From the human T2T-CHM13v2.0 reference genome, Homo sapiens: a stretch of 64,000 bases of DNA. Position numbers and translations under genes: made by a program. Below, piece by piece: positions 50,232-63,900 of the stretch (positions are counted from its first letter, which is position 1; the number at the start of each line of letters is the position of its first letter). Location of the stretch: NCBI RefSeq assembly GCF_009914755.1, contig NC_060934.1; one strand, written 5' to 3'. A model generated the notes under the pieces. The model saw only the letters and a program-made list of their open reading frames with translations. It searched no databases and was not told where the DNA came from.

Positions 50232-53200
50232 TTTCTTCATATAATGCTAGACAGAAGAATTCTCAGTCACTTCTTTGTGTTGTGTGTATTCAAGTCACAG
50301 AGTTGAACCTTCCTTTAGACAGAGCAGTTTTGAAAAATTCTTTCTGTGGAGTTTGCAAGTGGAGATTTCAAGCGATTTGAGGCTAATCTTTGAAATGGAA
50401 ATATCTTCGTGTAAAAACTACACAGAATCATTCTCAGAAACTGCTTTGTCATCTGTGCGTTCAGTTCACAGAGTTTCACCTTTCTCTTCATAGAGCAGTT
50501 TGGAAAGACTCTGTCTGTAAAGTCTGCAAGTGATTAGTTAGACCCCTTTGAGGCCTTCGTTGGAAGCGGGATTTCTCATTTACTGCTAGACAGAAGAATT
50601 CTCAGTAAATCCTTTGTGTTGTGTGTATTCAACTCACAGAGTGGAACCTTCCTTTATTCAGAGCAGTTTTGAAAAACACTTTTTGTGGAATTTGCAAGTG
50701 GAGATTTCAAGCGATTTGACGCCAATCTTAGACATGGAAATATCTTCATATTAAAAGTACACAGAGTCATTCGTAGAAACTAGTTTGTGATGTGTGCCTT
50801 CAACTCACAGAGTTTAACCTTTCTTTTCATAGAGCAGTTTGGAAACACTCTATTTGTAAAGTCTGCAAGTGGATATTTGGACCTCTTTGAGGCCTTCGTT
50901 GGAAACGGGATTTCTTCATACAACGCTAGACAGAAGAATTCTCAGTAACTTCTTTGTGTTGTGTGTATTCAACTCACAGAGTTGAACCTTTCTTTAGAGA
51001 GAGCAGAGTTGAAACACTCTGTTTTTGGAATTTGCAACTGCAGATTTCAAGCGATTCTAGGCCTATGGCAGAAAAGGAAATATCTTCGTATAAAAACTAC
51101 ACAGAATCATTCTCAACAACTACTTTGTGATGTGTGCGTTCAACTCACAGAGTTTAACCTTTCTTTTCATAGAGCAGTTTGGAAACACTCTGTTTGTAAA
51201 GCCTGCAAGTGCTTTTTTGGACTTCATTGAGGCCTTCGTTGGAAACGGGATTTCTTCATATAATGCTAGACAGAAGAATTCTCAGTCACTTCTTTGTGTT
51301 GTGTGTATTCAAGTCACAGAGTTGAACCTTCCTTTAGACAGAGCAGTTTTGAAAAATTCTTTCTGTGTAATTTGCAAGTGGAGATTTCAAGCGATTTGAG
51401 GCTAATCTTTGAAATGGAAATATCTTCGTGTAAAAACTACACAGAATCATTCTCAGAAACTGCTTTGTCATCTGTGCGTTCAGTTCACAGAGTTTCACCT
51501 TTCTCTTCATAGAGCAGTTTGGAAAGACTCTGTCTGTAAAGTCTGCAAGTGATTAGTTAGACCCCTTTGAGGCCTTCGTTGGAAGCGGGATTTCTCATTT
51601 ACTGCTAGACAGAAGAATTCTCAGTAAATCCTTTGTGTTGTGTGTATTCAACTCACAGAGTGGAACCTTCCTTTATTCAGAGCAGTTTTGAAACACTCTT
51701 TTTGTGGAATTTGCAAGTGGAGATTTCAAGCGATTTGACGCCAATCTTAGACATGGAAATATCTTCATATTAAAAGTACACAGAGTCATTCGTAGAAACT
51801 AGTTTGTGATGTGTGCCTTCAACTCACAGAGTTTAACCTTTCTTTTCATAGAGCAGTTGGGAAACACTCTATTTGTAAAGTCTGCAAGTGGATATTTGGA
51901 CCTCTTTGAGGCCTTCGTTGGAAACGGGATTTCTTCATATAACGCTAGACAGAAGAATTCTCAGTAACTTCTTTGTGTTGTGTGTATTCAACTCACAGAG
52001 TTGAACCTTTCTTTAGAGGGAGCAGAGGTGAAACACTCTTTTTGTGGAATTTGCTAGTGTAGATTTCAAACGCTTCGAAGACAGTGATAGAAAAGGATAT
52101 ATCTTCGTATTAAAAGTAGACAAAATCATTCTCAGAAAACTCTTTGTGATGTGTGTGTTCAACTCACAGAGTTTAACCTTTCTTTAATCGAGCAGTTTGG
52201 AAATACACTCTTTGTAAGTCTGCAGGTGGATATTTGGCCCTCTTTGAGCCCTTCGTTGGAAACGGGATTTCCTCATATAATGCTAGACAGAAGAATTCTC
52301 AGTAACTTCTTTGTGTTGTTTGTATTCAACACACAGATTTGAACCTTCCTTTAGAGAGAGCAGATTTGAAACACTCTGTTTTTGGAATTTGCAAGTGCAG
52401 ATTTCAAGCGCTTCTAGGCCTATGGCAGAAAAGGAAATATCTTCGTATAAAAACTACACAGAATCATTCTCAACAACTACTTTGTGATGTGTGCGTTCAA
52501 CTCACAGAGTTTAACCTTTCTTTTCATAGAGCAGTTTGGAAACACTCTGTTTGTAAAGCCTGCAAGTGCTTTTTTGGACTTCATTGAGGCCTTCGTTGGA
52601 AACGGGATTTCTTCATATAATGCTAGACAGAAGAATTCTCAGTCACTTGTTTGTGTTGTGTGTATTCAAGTCACAGAGTTGAACCTTCCTTTAGACAGAG
52701 CAGTTTTGAAAAATTCTTTCTGTGGAGTTTGCAAGTGGAGATTTCAAGCGATTTGAGGCTAATCTTTGAAATGGAAATATCTTCGTGTAAAAACTACACA
52801 GAATCATTCTCAGAAACTGCTTTGTCATCTGTGCGTTCAGTTCACAGAGTTTCACCTTTCTCTTCATAGAGCAGTTTGGAAAGACTCTGTCTGTAAAGTC
52901 TGCAAGTGATTAGTTAGACCCCTTTGAGGCCTTCGTTGGAAGCGGGATTTCTCATTTACTGCTAGACAGAAGAATTCTCAGTAAATCCTTTGTGTTGTGT
53001 GTATTCAACTCACAGAGTGGAACCTTCCTTTATTCAGAGCAGTTTTGAGAAACACTTTTTGTGGAATTTGCAAGTGGAGATTTCAAGCGATTTGACGCCA
53101 ATCTTAGACATGGAAATATCTTCATATTAAAAGTACACAGAGTCATTCGTAGAAACTAGTTTGTGATGTGTGCCTTCAACTCACAGAGTTTAACCTTTCT

Positions 53201-54966
53201 TTTCATAGAGCAGTTTGGAAACACTCTATTTGTAAAGTCTGCAAGTGGATATTTGGACCTCTTTGAGGCCTTCGTTGGAAACGGGATTTCTTCATACAAC
53301 GCTAGACAGAAGAATTCTCAGTAACTTCTTTGTGTTGTGTGTATTCAACTCACAGAGTTGAACCTTTCTTTAGAGAGAGCAGAGTTGAAACACTCTGTTT
53401 TTGGAATTTGCAACTGCAGATTTCAAGCGATTCTAGGCCTATGGCAGAAAAGGAAATATCTTCGTCTAAAAACTACACAGAATCATTCTCAACAACTACT
53501 TTGTGATGTGTGCGTTCAACTCACAGAGTTTAACCTTTCTTTTCATAGAGCAGTTTGGAAACACTCTGTTTGTAAAGCCTGCAAGTGCTTTTTTGGACTT
53601 CATTGAGGCCTTCGTTGGAAACGGGATTTCTTCATATAATGCTAGACAGAAGAATTCTCAGTCACTTCTTTGTGTTGTGTGTATTCAAGTCACAGAGTTG
53701 AACCTTCCTTTAGACAGAGCAGTTTTGAAAAATTCTTTCTGTGTAATTTGCAAGTGGAGATTTCAAGCGATTTGAGGCTAATCTTTGAAATGGAAATATC
53801 TTCGTGTAAAAACTACACAGAATCATTCTCAGAAACTGCTTTGTCATCTGTGCGTTCAGTTCACAGAGTTTCACCTTTCTCTTCATAGAGCAGTTTGGAA
53901 AGACTCTGTCTGTAAAGTCTGCAAGTGATTAGTTAGACCCCTTTGAGGCCTTCGTTGGAAGCGGGATTTCTCATTTACTGCTAGACAGAAGAATTCTCAG
54001 TAAATCCTTTGTGTTGTGTGTATTCAACTCACAGAGTGGAACCTTCCTTTATTCAGAGCAGTTTTGAAACACTCTTTTTGTGGAATTTGCAAGTGGAGAT
54101 TTCAAGCGATTTGACGCCAATCTTAGACATGGAAATATCTTCATATTAAAAGTACACAGAGTCATTCGTAGAAACTAGTTTGTGATGTGTGCCTTCAACT
54201 CACAGAGTTTAACCTTTCTTTTCATAGAGCAGTTGGGAAACACTCTATTTGTAAAGTCTGCAAGTGGATATTTGGACCTCTTTGAGGCCTTCGTTGGAAA
54301 CGGGATTTCTTCATATAACGCTAGACAGAAGAATTCTCAGTAACTTCTTTGTGTTGTGTGTATTCAACTCACAGAGTTGAACCTTTCTTTAGAGGGAGCA
54401 GAGGTGAAACACTCTTTTTGTGGAATTTGCTAGTGTAGATTTCAAACGCTTCGAAGACAGTGATAGAAAAGGATATATCTTCGTATTAAAAGTAGACAAA
54501 ATCATTCTCAGAAAACTCTTTGTGATGTGTGTGTTCAACTCACAGAGTTTAACCTTTCTTTAATCGAGCAGTTTGGAAATACACTCTTTGTAAGTCTGCA
54601 GGTGGATATTTGGCCCTCTTTGAGCCCTTCGTTGGAAACGGGATTTCCTCATATAATGCTAGACAGAAGAATTCTCAGTAACTTCTTTGTGTTGTTTGTA
54701 TTCAACACACAGATTTGAACCTTCCTTTAGAGAGAGCAGATTTGAAACACTCTGTTTTTGGAATTTGCAAGTGCAGATTTCAAGCGCTTCTAGGCCTATG
54801 GCAGAAAAGGAAATATCTTCGTATAAAAACTACACAGAATCATTCTCAACAACTACTTTGTGATGTGTGCGTTCAACTCACAGAGTTTAACCTTTCTTTT
54901 CATAGAGCAGTTTGGAAACACTCTGTTTGTAAAGCCTGCAAGTGCTTTTTTGGACTTCATTGAGGC

Positions 54967-54983
54967 CTTCGTTGGAAACGAGA
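54967..54983 (+). promoter_or_regulatory. Mutant CENP-B box (CGGG>CGAG), copy 4
   Basis: A at 54981. Confidence 0.9.
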
Positions 54984-57900
54984 TTTCTTCATATAATGCT
55001 AGACAGAAGAATTCTCAGTCACTTCTTTGTGTTGTGTGTATTCAAGTCACAGAGTTGAACCTTCCTTTAGACAGAGCAGTTTTGAAAAATTCTTTCTGTG
55101 GAGTTTGCAAGTGGAGATTTCAAGCGATTTGAGGCTAATCTTTGAAATGGAAATATCTTCGTGTAAAAACTACACAGAATCATTCTCAGAAACTGCTTTG
55201 TCATCTGTGCGTTCAGTTCACAGAGTTTCACCTTTCTCTTCATAGAGCAGTTTGGAAAGACTCTGTCTGTAAAGTCTGCAAGTGATTAGTTAGACCCCTT
55301 TGAGGCCTTCGTTGGAAGCGGGATTTCTCATTTACTGCTAGACAGAAGAATTCTCAGTAAATCCTTTGTGTTGTGTGTATTCAACTCACAGAGTGGAACC
55401 TTCCTTTATTCAGAGCAGTTTTGAAAAACACTTTTTGTGGAATTTGCAAGTGGAGATTTCAAGCGATTTGACGCCAATCTTAGACATGGAAATATCTTCA
55501 TATTAAAAGTACACAGAGTCATTCGTAGAAACTAGTTTGTGATGTGTGCCTTCAACTCACAGAGTTTAACCTTTCTTTTCATAGAGCAGTTTGGAAACAC
55601 TCTATTTGTAAAGTCTGCAAGTGGATATTTGGACCTCTTTGAGGCCTTCGTTGGAAACGGGATTTCTTCATACAACGCTAGACAGAAGAATTCTCAGTAA
55701 CTTCTTTGTGTTGTGTGTATTCAACTCACAGAGTTGAACCTTTCTTTAGAGAGAGCAGAGTTGAAACACTCTGTTTTTGGAATTTGCAACTGCAGATTTC
55801 AAGCGATTCTAGGCCTATGGCAGAAAAGGAAATATCTTCGTATAAAAACTACACAGAATCATTCTCAACAACTACTTTGTGATGTGTGCGTTCAACTCAC
55901 AGAGTTTAACCTTTCTTTTCATAGAGCAGTTTGGAAACACTCTGTTTGTAAAGCCTGCAAGTGCTTTTTTGGACTTCATTGAGGCCTTCGTTGGAAACGG
56001 GATTTCTTCATATAATGCTAGACAGAAGAATTCTCAGTCACTTCTTTGTGTTGTGTGTATTCAAGTCACAGAGTTGAACCTTCCTTTAGACAGAGCAGTT
56101 TTGAAAAATTCTTTCTGTGTAATTTGCAAGTGGAGATTTCAAGCGATTTGAGGCTAATCTTTGAAATGGAAATATCTTCGTGTAAAAACTACACAGAATC
56201 ATTCTCAGAAACTGCTTTGTCATCTGTGCGTTCAGTTCACAGAGTTTCACCTTTCTCTTCATAGAGCAGTTTGGAAAGACTCTGTCTGTAAAGTCTGCAA
56301 GTGATTAGTTAGACCCCTTTGAGGCCTTCGTTGGAAGCGGGATTTCTCATTTACTGCTAGACAGAAGAATTCTCAGTAAATCCTTTGTGTTGTGTGTATT
56401 CAACTCACAGAGTGGAACCTTCCTTTATTCAGAGCAGTTTTGAAACACTCTTTTTGTGGAATTTGCAAGTGGAGATTTCAAGCGATTTGACGCCAATCTT
56501 AGACATGGAAATATCTTCATATTAAAAGTACACAGAGTCATTCGTAGAAACTAGTTTGTGATGTGTGCCTTCAACTCACAGAGTTTAACCTTTCTTTTCA
56601 TAGAGCAGTTGGGAAACACTCTATTTGTAAAGTCTGCAAGTGGATATTTGGACCTCTTTGAGGCCTTCGTTGGAAACGGGATTTCTTCATATAACGCTAG
56701 ACAGAAGAATTCTCAGTAACTTCTTTGTGTTGTGTGTATTCAACTCACAGAGTTGAACCTTTCTTTAGAGGGAGCAGAGGTGAAACACTCTTTTTGTGGA
56801 ATTTGCTAGTGTAGATTTCAAACGCTTCGAAGACAGTGATAGAAAAGGATATATCTTCGTATTAAAAGTAGACAAAATCATTCTCAGAAAACTCTTTGTG
56901 ATGTGTGTGTTCAACTCACAGAGTTTAACCTTTCTTTAATCGAGCAGTTTGGAAATACACTCTTTGTAAGTCTGCAGGTGGATATTTGGCCCTCTTTGAG
57001 CCCTTCGTTGGAAACGGGATTTCCTCATATAATGCTAGACAGAAGAATTCTCAGTAACTTCTTTGTGTTGTTTGTATTCAACACACAGATTTGAACCTTC
57101 CTTTAGAGAGAGCAGATTTGAAACACTCTGTTTTTGGAATTTGCAAGTGCAGATTTCAAGCGCTTCTAGGCCTATGGCAGAAAAGGAAATATCTTCGTAT
57201 AAAAACTACACAGAATCATTCTCAACAACTACTTTGTGATGTGTGCGTTCAACTCACAGAGTTTAACCTTTCTTTTCATAGAGCAGTTTGGAAACACTCT
57301 GTTTGTAAAGCCTGCAAGTGCTTTTTTGGACTTCATTGAGGCCTTCGTTGGAAACGGGATTTCTTCATATAATGCTAGACAGAAGAATTCTCAGTCACTT
57401 GTTTGTGTTGTGTGTATTCAAGTCACAGAGTTGAACCTTCCTTTAGACAGAGCAGTTTTGAAAAATTCTTTCTGTGGAGTTTGCAAGTGGAGATTTCAAG
57501 CGATTTGAGGCTAATCTTTGAAATGGAAATATCTTCGTGTAAAAACTACACAGAATCATTCTCAGAAACTGCTTTGTCATCTGTGCGTTCAGTTCACAGA
57601 GTTTCACCTTTCTCTTCATAGAGCAGTTTGGAAAGACTCTGTCTGTAAAGTCTGCAAGTGATTAGTTAGACCCCTTTGAGGCCTTCGTTGGAAGCGGGAT
57701 TTCTCATTTACTGCTAGACAGAAGAATTCTCAGTAAATCCTTTGTGTTGTGTGTATTCAACTCACAGAGTGGAACCTTCCTTTATTCAGAGCAGTTTTGA
57801 GAAACACTTTTTGTGGAATTTGCAAGTGGAGATTTCAAGCGATTTGACGCCAATCTTAGACATGGAAATATCTTCATATTAAAAGTACACAGAGTCATTC

Positions 57901-60900
57901 GTAGAAACTAGTTTGTGATGTGTGCCTTCAACTCACAGAGTTTAACCTTTCTTTTCATAGAGCAGTTTGGAAACACTCTATTTGTAAAGTCTGCAAGTGG
58001 ATATTTGGACCTCTTTGAGGCCTTCGTTGGAAACGGGATTTCTTCATACAACGCTAGACAGAAGAATTCTCAGTAACTTCTTTGTGTTGTGTGTATTCAA
58101 CTCACAGAGTTGAACCTTTCTTTAGAGAGAGCAGAGTTGAAACACTCTGTTTTTGGAATTTGCAACTGCAGATTTCAAGCGATTCTAGGCCTATGGCAGA
58201 AAAGGAAATATCTTCGTCTAAAAACTACACAGAATCATTCTCAACAACTACTTTGTGATGTGTGCGTTCAACTCACAGAGTTTAACCTTTCTTTTCATAG
58301 AGCAGTTTGGAAACACTCTGTTTGTAAAGCCTGCAAGTGCTTTTTTGGACTTCATTGAGGCCTTCGTTGGAAACGGGATTTCTTCATATAATGCTAGACA
58401 GAAGAATTCTCAGTCACTTCTTTGTGTTGTGTGTATTCAAGTCACAGAGTTGAACCTTCCTTTAGACAGAGCAGTTTTGAAAAATTCTTTCTGTGTAATT
58501 TGCAAGTGGAGATTTCAAGCGATTTGAGGCTAATCTTTGAAATGGAAATATCTTCGTGTAAAAACTACACAGAATCATTCTCAGAAACTGCTTTGTCATC
58601 TGTGCGTTCAGTTCACAGAGTTTCACCTTTCTCTTCATAGAGCAGTTTGGAAAGACTCTGTCTGTAAAGTCTGCAAGTGATTAGTTAGACCCCTTTGAGG
58701 CCTTCGTTGGAAGCGGGATTTCTCATTTACTGCTAGACAGAAGAATTCTCAGTAAATCCTTTGTGTTGTGTGTATTCAACTCACAGAGTGGAACCTTCCT
58801 TTATTCAGAGCAGTTTTGAAAAACTCTTTTTGTGGAATTTGCAAGTGGAGATTTCAAGCGATTTGACGCCAATCTTAGACATGGAAATATCTTCATATTA
58901 AAAGTACACAGAGTCATTCGTAGAAACTAGTTTGTGATGTGTGCCTTCAACTCACAGAGTTTAACCTTTCTTTTCATAGAGCAGTTGGGAAACACTCTAT
59001 TTGTAAAGTCTGCAAGTGGATATTTGGACCTCTTTGAGGCCTTCGTTGGAAACGGGATTTCTTCATATAACGCTAGACAGAAGAATTCTCAGTAACTTCT
59101 TTGTGTTGTGTGTATTCAACTCACAGAGTTGAACCTTTCTTTAGAGGGAGCAGAGGTGAAACACTCTTTTTGTGGAATTTGCTAGTGTAGATTTCAAACG
59201 CTTCGAAGACAGTGATAGAAAAGGATATATCTTCGTATTAAAAGTAGACAAAATCATTCTCAGAAAACTCTTTGTGATGTGTGTGTTCAACTCACAGAGT
59301 TTAACCTTTCTTTAATCGAGCAGTTTGGAAATACACTCTTTGTAAGTCTGCAGGTGGATATTTGGCCCTCTTTGAGCCCTTCGTTGGAAACGGGATTTCC
59401 TCATATAATGCTAGACAGAAGAATTCTCAGTAACTTCTTTGTGTTGTTTGTATTCAACACACAGATTTGAACCTTCCTTTAGAGAGAGCAGATTTGAAAC
59501 ACTCTGTTTTTGGAATTTGCAAGTGCAGATTTCAAGCGCTTCTAGGCCTATGGCAGAAAAGGAAATATCTTCGTATAAAAACTACACAGAATCATTCTCA
59601 ACAACTACTTTGTGATGTGTGCGTTCAACTCACAGAGTTTAACCTTTCTTTTCATAGAGCAGTTTGGAAACACTCTGTTTGTAAAGCCTGCAAGTGCTTT
59701 TTTGGACTTCATTGAGGCCTTCGTTGGAAACGGGATTTCTTCATATAATGCTAGACAGAAGAATTCTCAGTCACTTCTTTGTGTTGTGTGTATTCAAGTC
59801 ACAGAGTTGAACCTTCCTTTAGACAGAGCAGTTTTGAAAAATTCTTTCTGTGGAGTTTGCAAGTGGAGATTTCAAGCGATTTGAGGCTAATCTTTGAAAT
59901 GGAAATATCTTCGTGTAAAAACTACACAGAATCATTCTCAGAAACTGCTTTGTCATCTGTGCGTTCAGTTCACAGAGTTTCACCTTTCTCTTCATAGAGC
60001 AGTTTGGAAAGACTCTGTCTGTAAAGTCTGCAAGTGATTAGTTAGACCCCTTTGAGGCCTTCGTTGGAAGCGGGATTTCTCATTTACTGCTAGACAGAAG
60101 AATTCTCAGTAAATCCTTTGTGTTGTGTGTATTCAACTCACAGAGTGGAACCTTCCTTTATTCAGAGCAGTTTTGAAAAACACTTTTTGTGGAATTTGCA
60201 AGTGGAGATTTCAAGCGATTTGACGCCAATCTTAGACATGGAAATATCTTCATATTAAAAGTACACAGAGTCATTCGTAGAAACTAGTTTGTGATGTGTG
60301 CCTTCAACTCACAGAGTTTAACCTTTCTTTTCATAGAGCAGTTTGGAAACACTCTATTTGTAAAGTCTGCAAGTGGATATTTGGACCTCTTTGAGGCCTT
60401 CGTTGGAAACGGGATTTCTTCATACAACGCTAGACAGAAGAATTCTCAGTAACTTCTTTGTGCTGTGTGTATTCAACTCACAGAGTTGAACCTTTCTTTA
60501 GAGAGAGCAGAGTTGAAACACTCTGTTTTTGGAATTTGCAACTGCAGATTTCAAGCGATTCTAGGCCTATGGCAGAAAAGGAAATATCTTCGTATAAAAA
60601 CTACACAGAATCATTCTCAACAACTACTTTGTGATGTGTGCGTTCAACTCACAGAGTTTAACCTTTCTTTTCATAGAGCAGTTTGGAAACACTCTGTTTG
60701 TAAAGCCTGCAAGTGCTTTTTTGGACTTCATTGAGGCCTTCGTTGGAAACGGGATTTCTTCATATAATGCTAGACAGAAGAATTCTCAGTCACTTCTTTG
60801 TGTTGTGTGTATTCAAGTCACAGAGTTGAACCTTCCTTTAGACAGAGCAGTTTTGAAAAATTCTTTCTGTGGAGTTTGCAGGTGGAGATTTCAAGCGATT

Positions 60901-63900
60901 TGAGGCTAATCTTTGAAATGGAAATATCTTCGTGTAAAAACTACACAGAATCATTCTCAGAAACTGCTTTGTCATCTGTGCGTTCAGTTCACAGAGTTTC
61001 ACCTTTCTCTTCATAGAGCAGTTTGGAAAGACTCTGTCTGTAAAGTCTGCAAGTGATTAGTTAGACCCCTTTGAGGCCTTCGTTGGAAGCGGGATTTCTC
61101 ATTTACTGCTAGACAGAAGAATTCTCAGTAAATCCTTTGTGTTGTGTGTATTCAACTCACAGAGTGGAACCTTCCTTTATTCAGAGCAGTTTTGAAACAC
61201 TCTTTTTGTGGAATTTGCAAGTGGAGATTTCAAGCGATTTGACGCCAATCTTAGACATGGAAATATCTTCATATTAAAAGTACACAGAGTCATTCGTAGA
61301 AACTAGTTTGTGATGTGTGCCTTCAACTCACAGAGTTTAACCTTTCTTTTCATAGAGCAGTTGGGAAACACTCTATTTGTAAAGTCTGCAAGTGGATATT
61401 TGGACCTCTTTGAGGCCTTCGTTGGAAACGGGATTTCTTCATATAACGCTAGACAGAAGAATTCTCAGTAACTTCTTTGTGTTGTGTGTATTCAACTCAC
61501 AGAGTTGAACCTTTCTTTAGAGGGAGCAGAGGTGAAACACTCTTTTTGTGGAATTTGCTAGTGTAGATTTCAAACGCTTCGAAGACAGTGATAGAAAAGG
61601 ATATATCTTCATATTAAAAGTAGACAAAATCATTCTCAGAAAACTCTTTGTGATGTGTGTGTTCAACTCACAGAGTTTAACCTTTCTTTAATCGAGCAGT
61701 TTGGAAATACACTCTTTGTAAGTCTGCAGGTGGATATTTGGCCCTCTTTGAGCCCTTCGTTGGAAACGGGATTTCCTCATATAATGCTAGACAGAAGAAT
61801 TCTCAGTAACTTCTTTGTGTTGTTTGTATTCAACACACAGATTTGAACCTTCCTTTAGAGAGAGCAGATTTGAAACACTCTGTTTTTGGAATTTGCAAGT
61901 GCAGATTTCAAGCGCTTCTAGGCCTATGGCAGAAAAGGAAATATCTTCGTATAAAAACTACACAGAATCATTCTCAACAACTACTTTGTGATGTGTGCGT
62001 TCAACTCACAGAGTTTAACCTTTCTTTTCATAGAGCAGTTTGGAAACACTCTGTTTGTAAAGCCTGCAAGTGCTTTTTTGGACTTCATTGAGGCCTTCGT
62101 TGGAAACGGGATTTCTTCATATAATGCTAGACAGAAGAATTCTCAGTCACTTCTTTGTGTTGTGTGTATTCAAGTCACAGAGTTGAACCTTCCTTTAGAC
62201 AGAGCAGTTTTGAAAAATTCTTTCTGTGGAGTTTGCAGGTGGAGATTTCAAGCGATTTGAGGCTAATCTTTGAAATGGAAATATCTTCGTGTAAAAACTA
62301 CACAGAATCATTCTCAGAAACTGCTTTGTCATCTGTGCGTTCAGTTCACAGAGTTTCACCTTTCTCTTCATAGAGCAGTTTGGAAAGACTCTGTCTGTAA
62401 AGTCTGCAAGTGATTAGTTAGACCCCTTTGAGGCCTTCGTTGGAAGCGGGATTTCTCATTTACTGCTAGACAGAAGAATTCTCAGTAAATCCTTTGTGTT
62501 GTGTGTATTCAACTCACAGAGTGGAACCTTCCTTTATTCAGAGCAGTTTTGAGAAACACTTTTTGTGGAATTTGCAAGTGGAGATTTCAAGCGATTTGAC
62601 GCCAATCTTAGACATGGAAATATCTTCATATTAAAAGTACACAGAGTCATTCGTAGAAACTAGTTTGTGATGTGTGCCTTCAACTCACAGAGTTTAACCT
62701 TTCTTTTCATAGAGCAGTTTGGAAACACTCTATTTGTAAAGTCTGCAAGTGGATATTTGGACCTCTTTGAGGCCTTCGTTGGAAACGGGATTTCTTCATA
62801 CAACGCTAGACAGAAGAATTCTCAGTAACTTCTTTGTGTTGTGTGTATTCAACTCACAGAGTTGAACCTTTCTTTAGAGAGAGCAGAGTTGAAACACTCT
62901 GTTTTTGGAATTTGCAACTGCAGATTTCAAGCGATTCTAGGCCTATGGCAGAAAAGGAAATATCTTCGTATAAAAACTACACAGAATCATTCTCAACAAC
63001 TACTTTGTGATGTGTGCGTTCAACTCACAGAGTTTAACCTTTCTTTTCATAGAGCAGTTTGGAAACACTCTGTTTGTAAAGCCTGCAAGTGCTTTTTTGG
63101 ACTTCATTGAGGCCTTCGTTGGAAACGGGATTTCTTCATATAATGCTAGACAGAAGAATTCTCAGTCACTTCTTTGTGTTGTGTGTATTCAAGTCACAGA
63201 GTTGAACCTTCCTTTAGACAGAGCAGTTTTGAAAAATTCTTTCTGTGGAGTTTGCAAGTGGAGATTTCAAGCGATTTGAGGCTAATCTTTGAAATGGAAA
63301 TATCTTCGTGTAAAAACTACACAGAATCATTCTCAGAAACTGCTTTGTCATCTGTGCGTTCAGTTCACAGAGTTTCACCTTTCTCTTCATAGAGCAGTTT
63401 GGAAAGACTCTGTCTGTAAAGTCTGCAAGTGATTAGTTAGACCCCTTTGAGGCCTTCGTTGGAAGCGGGATTTCTCATTTACTGCTAGACAGAAGAATTC
63501 TCAGTAAATCCTTTGTGTTGTGTGTATTCAACTCACAGAGTGGAACCTTCCTTTATTCAGAGCAGTTTTGAAACACTCTTTTTGTGGAATTTGCAAGTGG
63601 AGATTTCAAGCGATTTGACGCCAATCTTAGACATGGAAATATCTTCATATTAAAAGTACACAGAGTCATTCGTAGAAACTAGTTTGTGATGTGTGCCTTC
63701 AACTCACAGAGTTTAACCTTTCTTTTCATAGAGCAGTTGGGAAACACTCTATTTGTAAAGTCTGCAAGTGGATATTTGGACCTCTTTGAGGCCTTCGTTG
63801 GAAACGGGATTTCTTCATATAACGCTAGACAGAAGAATTCTCAGTAACTTCTTTGTGTTGTGTGTATTCAACTCACAGAGTTGAACCTTTCTTTAGAGGG

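Larger units (their letters stand above)
48715..58821 (+). repeat. 28-mer (4752 bp) tandem duplication B
   Basis: Markers recur at +4752: mutant CENP-B box 50229/54981, G 52649/57401, G 53049/57801, C 53466/58218. Confidence 0.88.

Noticed and set aside
52-63392. Many recurring 63-90 aa ORFs (MCCVYSS..., MMCAFNS..., MNLPLER..., MCIQLTE..., MCVQLTE...)
   Set aside because: They are short, overlap in different frames, mostly start at TTG/GTG, repeat with the satellite period and show no recognisable domain. They are chance open frames in alpha satellite, used here only as positional rulers.
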